A DNA stretch of 62,076 bases from a virus (lineage: Duplodnaviria; Caudoviricetes), in the IMG/VR virus record IMGVR_UViG_3300028399_000007, positions 1-62,076 of that record; one strand, given 5' to 3'. Under the pieces are notes generated by a model. That model did not search any database and had not been told where the DNA came from. It worked only from the letters and a program-made list of their open reading frames with translations. Positions 55,978-62,076 of the stretch are shown here, one piece after another. Position 1 is the first letter of the stretch; each line of letters starts with the position of its first letter. The translations under genes were made by a program, and so were the position numbers.

Positions 55978-57358
55978 AAAACTGTTTAAGCCACATCCTT
56001 ATCAAAAGGAATCGATCAGGTTTTTGCTTGAAAACCCTGCAAGTGGACTATTTTTAGCGCCGGGGCTAGGCAAGACTATCTGCACGTTGCAGGCATTTGA
56101 TATTTTGCGCGATGAGAAAATAATTAAAAACATGCTAATTGTGGCCAAGTTACGGATCATAAATAGTACGTGGCCACGTGAAATAAGTAAATGGGGATTT
56201 GACTACAAAGTACACACCTTGCATGGGAAGGACAAGGACAAGTTACTAAAAGAAAAAGCTGATGTTTACCTGATCAACTATGAAGGTTTGCCATGGCTTT
56301 ATGAACAATTGGTGAAAAAGAAAGTAGGCACGAATATAGATATGATCGTGCTGGATGAATCGAGCAAAATCAAGAATACACGCACGCAACGGTTTAAGTT
56401 GGTTAAAAAAATGATGCCGCTATTCAAACGGCGTCATATATTGACAGGATCACCGGCACCTAACAATTTATTGGATCTGTTTGGTCAAATCTTTTTCCTA
56501 GATGGCGGTGAAGCACTGGGCAGATATATCACACACTACAGAAATATGTATTTTTACCCAACAGGGTACATGGGCTATGAATTTAAGCTACAGGATGGCG
56601 CGGAGGAACAGATTTATGATCGCGTTGCGCCTATTGTATTACGTTTTGGCCATGATCTGATCGATATGCCGCCTTTGCAAAAGCGTACCGTCGATATTGA
56701 GTTTACCAAGGCCTCCCGTAAAAAATATGTCGAAATGGAAAACCATTTCATAACGATGATAAAAGACAAGACAGTTACAGCGTCCAATGCAGGGGTCAAG
56801 ACCCAGAAACTAAGACAAATGGCAAATGGCAGTGTCTATGATGAAAATGGAAAAATCGTAGTCATACATGAAGAAAAAATAGAGGCTTTGAAGGAATTGA
56901 TCGATGAACTACAGGGCGATCCGTGCCTTGTTGGCTATGAGTTTGATCATGATTTGAAAGCCCTGCAACGCCATTTTCCAGATGTACCGTATATTGGCAG
57001 GGGTGTTAACAGTAAAAAACAAAACAAGATCGAGGATGATTGGAATGCTGGTAAACTGCCTGTATTGTTCGGCCAGATCGCCACAGTTGCCCATGGTCTA
57101 AACTTACAGGAATCAGGTTGTAATGTAGTATTCTATAGCCTTACTTGGAATCTTGAAGATTACGAGCAATTTATACAACGTGTATGGCGACAAGGGCAGA
57201 AAAACACAACAATCGTCCATCATTTAATGATGGCGGATTCTGTCGATCAGGATGTGATGACGGTACTTGAACAAAAGGATGCAACACAACGCGCACTTTT
57301 AGACGCACTGGCTAAACGCACTAGACAAAGAGGTATGCAAAATGGGAAAGGGATCTGA
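55907..57358 (+). CDS. SNF2-family helicase
   Basis: PGLGKT, LDESS, LTGSP, HGLNLQ, QRVWRQGQ. Confidence 0.9.
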   Translation: MSRTTTKRRSVSTIRKKIAENKRKKLFKPHPYQKESIRFLLENPASGLFLAPGLGKTICTLQAFDILRDEKIIKNMLIVAKLRIINSTWPREISKWGFDYKVHTLHGKDKDKLLKEKADVYLINYEGLPWLYEQLVKKKVGTNIDMIVLDESSKIKNTRTQRFKLVKKMMPLFKRRHILTGSPAPNNLLDLFGQIFFLDGGEALGRYITHYRNMYFYPTGYMGYEFKLQDGAEEQIYDRVAPIVLRFGHDLIDMPPLQKRTVDIEFTKASRKKYVEMENHFITMIKDKTVTASNAGVKTQKLRQMANGSVYDENGKIVVIHEEKIEALKELIDELQGDPCLVGYEFDHDLKALQRHFPDVPYIGRGVNSKKQNKIEDDWNAGKLPVLFGQIATVAHGLNLQESGCNVVFYSLTWNLEDYEQFIQRVWRQGQKNTTIVHHLMMADSVDQDVMTVLEQKDATQRALLDALAKRTRQRGMQNGKGI

Positions 57359-57587
57359 TTTAGATTATGGCGCGATACTAAAGTCATGGCGCACAGTGAC
57401 TAAGTTTTTGCACAGCGACAAAGATGCCATGGACGAAGAAATCGTCAAGGCATTGTTGCGTGGGGAGTTCCACGGTGCGCGGCGTGCATCGATCATCGGC
57501 GTATTGCATAGTCGTTACCACAAGCTACGCGGGCAACGGATCAGGAAAATGCTTGTTAACGGGCATTGGCCGGACGACAACCTGTAA
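57342..57587 (+). CDS. hypothetical protein
   Basis: GAGG RBS; coupled to helicase. Confidence 0.65.
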   Translation: MGKGSDLDYGAILKSWRTVTKFLHSDKDAMDEEIVKALLRGEFHGARRASIIGVLHSRYHKLRGQRIRKMLVNGHWPDDNL

Positions 57588-57721
57588 TATAAGCATTTCC
57601 TTATTTGCATATTTGCATATAAATAATAAAATCAATAACTTATAACAATAAAAAGTATTGCAATTATCGCGTGAAAGTGCTGTTATTTAGCTGTAAGTTA
57701 AAAAATGAGAGGGCTAGGAAA

Positions 57722-57961
57722 ATGGCTACTAGAAGATCAGTCACCAGCTACGTTGAAAAACTTGGCGGCAAGGTGGAAGTAGTCATTGATCCAGAGGACT
57801 ACACCATCTACGTTGATGCGCCTGATGGCATGCAATGGGTGGATGGATCAACGCCTCACATAGTAGAGCACCAGTTTCGTGGTCCGTGGGGAACGGGCGA
57901 GATATGGGGCGATGTACTGGAACGTGTCAAGTGCGGGCTGGAACCGTACCAAGAGGGTTAG
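57722..57961 (+). CDS. hypothetical protein
   Basis: Start-associated motif; IHF-type site at 57630-57642. Confidence 0.7.
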   Translation: MATRRSVTSYVEKLGGKVEVVIDPEDYTIYVDAPDGMQWVDGSTPHIVEHQFRGPWGTGEIWGDVLERVKCGLEPYQEG

Positions 57962-58306
57962 CACCATGATCAATATCTATGATGCTATAGGCATGGCACT
58001 GTTTGTCATTGTGCTAACCATTGACGTAAAGGCTGATGCCTTGGTTGATACGGAAACTTATGTACCGCCTGCTGAACAAACTGACTGGGGATGCAACTAG
58101 GCGATCACGTAGTTGGTAATTAACCAAATAAAAGGAGTAAAAACATGCAACACAATAGCACTTATGCGAAAAAGCGTCGCAGTAAAAAAATGATGTACGG
58201 CCCTGTTCCGAAGATCCCCAAGTATCCTGATTTCAGGTGCAGCTATCCTGACCCTAGCAAATACTGGTGGGGTGAGTTACGTGATAAGCACGAAAACTAA
58301 GTTTAT

Positions 58307-58486
58307 GGACAGGAGGCGTGGAGAGCATCACGCTAACCCCAATCGGCGTAGAGGTGCACATCTACGATGGGGGATAAAAATGGCAAAATCTCACGGAACC
58401 GCTGACATTGGATGAGCCGAGACAAACCGATGCGCCCAGTGCCGCCAAAGATGAGACGCCGGAGTCGCGCCCGGCCCTGTCCGCCA
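58307..58486 (+). ncRNA. tRNA-like RNA (acceptor stem, T-arm-like hairpin, GCCA end)
   Basis: GGACAGG pairs with CCTGTCC, then G-CCA; GCCGG..CCGGC hairpin just before. Confidence 0.45.
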
Positions 58487-58694
58487 AATGCGCCGTGAGT
58501 GATGGCCTGATAATCACTCAATATAGAGAGGCGAGCAGCCGCCTTTAAGTCCGCGCCCTGTTTATATCGGGCGCTACCGAGGCGGAACCTCATAAAAGGA
58601 GGCATTCCGCTGATAGACGATGACCGGCAGCGCCTATGGCGCGGGAGCTGCATCAGTTTATGATTGCCATGAAGCACGTAAAAGGATATGAGCA

Positions 58695-58907
58695 ATGATG
58701 GTATATGTTGACTTGGTTCTGCAAAACGGTGGGATTGTCGTGATTGAGTGCCCTGATAAATATGCAGATGAGTTGTTTGACGCTTTAGACAATGCGCGGA
58801 AAAAGAACGATTGGTGGTCACCAATTATGTTCGAGGGATGTTCGGCAACATTTATGGGCATGACCCTTGACCGCGTTGACATGGGCAAGGTGATCGGAAC
58901 TTTATAA
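58695..58907 (+). CDS. hypothetical protein
   Basis: ORF within RNA cluster. Confidence 0.5.
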   Translation: MMVYVDLVLQNGGIVVIECPDKYADELFDALDNARKKNDWWSPIMFEGCSATFMGMTLDRVDMGKVIGTL

Positions 58908-58909
58908 TT

Positions 58910-58986
58910 GTGAGTATAGCTCAGTCTGGTAGAGCACTCGTTTTGGGAAAGAGTGGTCGCAGGTTCAAATCCTGCTGCCCGCACCA
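58910..58986 (+). tRNA. tRNA-Pro(TGG) with encoded CCA
   Basis: Cloverleaf, loop TTTGGGA, GGTTCAAATCC; one mismatch each in acceptor and anticodon stems. Confidence 0.8.
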
Positions 58987-59420
58987 AGCACCGGCAGGGC
59001 TAGCGGTAGTGACGTGCCGTTAGCCGCAAAAGACAGCACAGCGTTACCGCGTTCTGCCGCGCGGTCTGTTAGCCCGAGAGGGCGCAAAGACGCTAGGGGT
59101 GCGGTCGTCAACCGCATGGAGCTGCTCAATGCCGCCAACGGGGTTCCCCGCCCCCACAGTTTATGGGCACTTGCGTTATGCAGACGCAAGTAAAAGTAAG
59201 ATTCTACGCGCAAGAGAATGGCCTTGACACCACAAGAAGTCATTTGAGTGTATGGTATTTGTAGCAATAAGTGGTGTTGAGCTACCCCCGCCTCGTAGAA
59301 TCTTACCGCCCGCCAGTTTATAGCAACCTGCTGTCTATGTTTTCGCTCGTACACCCGGATCGCAACCGGGGGCGAAAATCAACCGGCAGTTTGCCGCCAT
59401 TTAACCAAGAGGCAAATACG

Positions 59421-59603
59421 ATGAAATTCAAAACGCCACACAAAGACTTCAATTACATCGAGGACGGGCACAAGCGAAAGAAGGCGCGGGCGCATCGTGA
59501 CGGCGCGACTGTTTGGACTACGGGTGACGTGATAATCAAACACACGTTTGAGTCTGTTCGCAAAGCGAAGGCGTGGATGCAGTATCCCACGCCAAGGATT
59601 TGA
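59421..59603 (+). CDS. small basic hypothetical protein
   Basis: AACCAAGAGG upstream. Confidence 0.55.
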   Translation: MKFKTPHKDFNYIEDGHKRKKARAHRDGATVWTTGDVIIKHTFESVRKAKAWMQYPTPRI

Positions 59604-59609
59604 GTTTAT

Positions 59610-59755
59610 GGCAGCCTGCCGGGCGAAAACCGCAAACGCGGCCCCTCAGTCTGGAACGCTGTACCGGAGTTGCACGCCGGTATGCACCGGGATACCCCGG
59701 CTCCGAGTGCGCCAGCGTTGGGTGAATGCATAAGTAGTCCGGCAGGTTGCCGCCA
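59610..59755 (+). ncRNA. structured RNA closed by 15-bp stem and ending GCCA
   Basis: GGCAGCCTGCCGGGC pairs with GTCCGGCAGGTTGCC (two G-U). Confidence 0.45.
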
Positions 59756-59771
59756 TTTAGTGAGTAAAAAA

Positions 59772-60485
59772 ATGAGTTTAGAACATTTATATAAATTTGA
59801 TTGGTACGTGTCACATCAAGCGTGGCTCAACAAAGAAGGCTATATGGCCCATGATCATCGTGGGACTAAGCCGCAAAAAGCTGATCTGCGCGGCACTGAT
59901 CTGCGCGGTGCTGATCTACTAGGTGCTAAGCTGTGCGATGCCAATTTACGTGATGCCAATTTACGTGATGCAAATTTGCGTGGGTCTAATCTGCGCAATG
60001 CCGATCTAAGCTGCGCCAATTTTAACAATGCTGATCTGTGCTTTGCCAGTCTATACGACACAAATTTACACTATGCTAATCTGCGTCATGCCAATCTAAG
60101 CTACGCTAATTTGTGCGGCGCTGATCTGCGCCATGCTGATTTGCGCGGCGCTGATCTGCGCCATGCTGATTTGCGTGATACCGATCTAAGCTACGCTAAT
60201 TTGTGCGGCGCTGATCTGCGCTATGCTGATTTGCGCGGCGCTGATCTGCGCCATGCTGATTTGCGTAACACCATCGGTAACGGACGTGAGATCATTACAA
60301 TCTTAACAGATAAATGGATAGTTAATATAACAAAAGAATTCATGACAGTTGGTTGTGAGCATTACAGCATTAAAGACTGGATGAGCTTTGATGATGATCG
60401 TATTTCTAAGATGGACCCCTGCGCACTTCATTGGTCGCGTATCTGGAAGCCGATTATTAAACAAATAATAGAGGCAACCAAATAG
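59772..60485 (+). CDS. pentapeptide repeat protein
   Basis: A(D/N)Lxx repeats, C-terminal VGCE..W domain; internal ~90-bp duplication. Confidence 0.9.
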   Translation: MSLEHLYKFDWYVSHQAWLNKEGYMAHDHRGTKPQKADLRGTDLRGADLLGAKLCDANLRDANLRDANLRGSNLRNADLSCANFNNADLCFASLYDTNLHYANLRHANLSYANLCGADLRHADLRGADLRHADLRDTDLSYANLCGADLRYADLRGADLRHADLRNTIGNGREIITILTDKWIVNITKEFMTVGCEHYSIKDWMSFDDDRISKMDPCALHWSRIWKPIIKQIIEATK

Positions 60486-60691
60486 TGAAAGAAATCAGCC
60501 CTAAACTCGCCAAGGAACTGCTTGGGCGCATTGAGAAATTGGAAGCGTGGTGCGACGTACGGGCGAAAGATCACGTCACATTCAGCACACACTGGAGGGT
60601 GGCATCAGCCAAGGCCGTCGAAATTCGTCAGCATCTGCTCTTGCACATGAACGACGAAAGAGGAGAAACGTCCAATGAAAATACTTATTGA
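60485..60691 (+). CDS. hypothetical protein
   Basis: Coupled ORF. Confidence 0.55.
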   Translation: MKEISPKLAKELLGRIEKLEAWCDVRAKDHVTFSTHWRVASAKAVEIRQHLLLHMNDERGETSNENTY

Positions 60692-60986
60692 CGAAGACGG
60701 CAGGCTACACATTGAACGTGCTGGCGTTTACAGGCAACAGACTTGCCCTTATACGTTTAACGGATTCTGGATGGGTTGCGGGGATTGGTGCCCGCATTTT
60801 GGCGAGCCAACTACTTTCCCGTTTCGGTCTGATGATCGTGATCCGGACGCAGGGCTGAGACCGTATGTGACGCTGGCGTTATGCCACGGAAATAGTTTTC
60901 GGGTGGTCGAAGAAGACTTCGCAGATGAGCGGGGAGAGCAGAAAGAGGAAATCCCTGCGGAGGATGACAATGAAAATCAAGATTGA
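60675..60986 (+). CDS. Cys-containing hypothetical protein (paralog 1)
   Basis: LHIERAGV..CGDWCPHFGEP. Confidence 0.7.
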   Translation: MKILIDEDGRLHIERAGVYRQQTCPYTFNGFWMGCGDWCPHFGEPTTFPFRSDDRDPDAGLRPYVTLALCHGNSFRVVEEDFADERGEQKEEIPAEDDNENQD

Positions 60987-61221
60987 TAAAAATGGAGCAC
61001 TGCACATTGAGCGGGCAGGTGTTATGAATGTGCAATACTGCTTGCATAGCCCCCACGTTAGTAGATGCGGCGACTGGTGCCCGGCTTTCGGTGAGCCGAA
61101 GGTAGTCGAGGACAACGGAAATACCGTCGCATGGCTCGGCCTGTGCGAAGAGGCAGGTTTTGTGTCATGTTCCCCGGAATACTTTTTCGATGAGCGAGGC
61201 CATGACAATGACCAAACTTGA
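60970..61221 (+). CDS. Cys-containing hypothetical protein (paralog 2)
   Basis: LHIERAGV..CGDWCPAFGEP. Confidence 0.7.
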   Translation: MKIKIDKNGALHIERAGVMNVQYCLHSPHVSRCGDWCPAFGEPKVVEDNGNTVAWLGLCEEAGFVSCSPEYFFDERGHDNDQT

Positions 61222-61519
61222 ACGCGAAACCCGTAAAGCAATCCGCGAATGGTGTGAGACACAAGGATATAAAGTAAAGAGTTTAGGGATGGTGTTCCCA
61301 CGTGCTCACGTTGTCGCTACAGACGGTCGTTACTGGCTTACAGTAGCTGTGCCGCCGATGGAGGCGTTAGAAGGTTCCCGTGCGCACGAAGCTGGAAGCA
61401 TACTTGCATTGTCTGCCGATAAAGAGTTAGGAGTAGGAGATTGGTGCAGTGTCGTTTATGTAGTCAGTGATCAGCTAATGGAACCCGTAGCTATCCCTGC
61501 GGTGGTTGTGGAGGGCTGA
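61202..61519 (+). CDS. hypothetical protein
   Basis: Coupled ORF. Confidence 0.55.
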   Translation: MTMTKLERETRKAIREWCETQGYKVKSLGMVFPRAHVVATDGRYWLTVAVPPMEALEGSRAHEAGSILALSADKELGVGDWCSVVYVVSDQLMEPVAIPAVVVEG

Positions 61520-61521
61520 TA

Positions 61522-61938
61522 ATGAGTGATGAGAAAATTACCAATATCGAAGAAAAACGCGCAGAGAAAACAGTAATCTCAACCCCGGAAGATTTTGCCG
61601 AGCTTCTGTTTAGTTTTACCGCACATAACTGTGACCCTAATAGACCCTATACAGGACAAATCCACACTGATGAAGGACTACGCGGTAAACAGGAAGTGCA
61701 CGGCATTACTATGCGGGATGTAGCTGATTGTTTGGCTATCGCATTTGCTAGGGCCTGTACAGAAGATGACGAGATCCATAAGAAAGCGGATGACAACACG
61801 CTCAGTTATAACGATCTATACACTATGGAATGGATTGACTTTGACCCTGTTGCCGTCATCCAGTGCCTTACCTGTGAGATAGAAAAGAGGATGGGGATAT
61901 TTCCTAATATATCCGGTTTGGGAGATATTGAAAAATGA
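61522..61938 (+). CDS. hypothetical protein
   Basis: GGAGGG RBS. Confidence 0.65.
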   Translation: MSDEKITNIEEKRAEKTVISTPEDFAELLFSFTAHNCDPNRPYTGQIHTDEGLRGKQEVHGITMRDVADCLAIAFARACTEDDEIHKKADDNTLSYNDLYTMEWIDFDPVAVIQCLTCEIEKRMGIFPNISGLGDIEK

Positions 61939-62076
61939 AAACCGTAACAATCAATGGTAAAGAGTACGAAGTACCTGACTGGGTTAACTGGGTGGCTATG
62001 GATGAATCGGAATTGTGGTATGGGTACGAGAACAAACCTATCCCAAGCAGGTTTGATCAAGGTCGTTGGGACGCAG
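61935..62076 (+). CDS. partial hypothetical protein, runs off the window
   Basis: MKTVTINGKEYEVPDWVNWVAMDESELWYGY; paralog of 517-951 C-terminal half. Confidence 0.65.
   Translation, partial: MKTVTINGKEYEVPDWVNWVAMDESELWYGYENKPIPSRFDQGRWDA

Noticed and set aside
1-62076. Closed circular genome joining the window ends
   Set aside because: No terminal overlap; the join would cut the last ORF after five more codons, while 1-144 looks like the end of a different gene, so some sequence is probably missing

Overview
Most of a tailed dsDNA (siphovirus-type) phage genome. The host is probably a Gram-negative proteobacterium, inferred from overlapping Rz/Rz1 spanins, IHF-type sites and CsrA-type hairpins. 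The minus strand from ~36.6 kb to ~3.5 kb carries the late module: HNH, ParB-like, Mom-like, TerS, TerL with two inteins, portal, MuF fused to a zeta-toxin-like kinase, scaffold, major capsid, a glycosyltransferase/methyltransferase cassette, neck, tail tube, frameshifted chaperone, tape measure, tail tip and lysis genes. The plus strand from 37.3 kb carries primase-helicase, many small early genes, SSB, intein-containing family A DNA polymerase, exonucleases, VRR-NUC, SNF2 helicase and a tRNA/ncRNA region. No integrase or repressor was recognised. The most striking feature is a TIGR-Tas-like RNA-guided system: two dual-repeat arrays (18-nt half-unit, 36-nt unit; ~39421-39877 and ~40499-40885) and, ~8 kb away, a nuclease-less Nop-domain (IS110-like) gene at 48880-49710. 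Other highlights: an HNH gene overprinted out of frame inside a TerL intein; a recurrent start-associated motif paired with CsrA-type hairpins; an ~800-nt promoter-to-terminator noncoding RNA with an embedded atypical tRNA; several CCA-ended tRNA-like RNAs. All assignments come from reading motifs by eye; no database searches were run.
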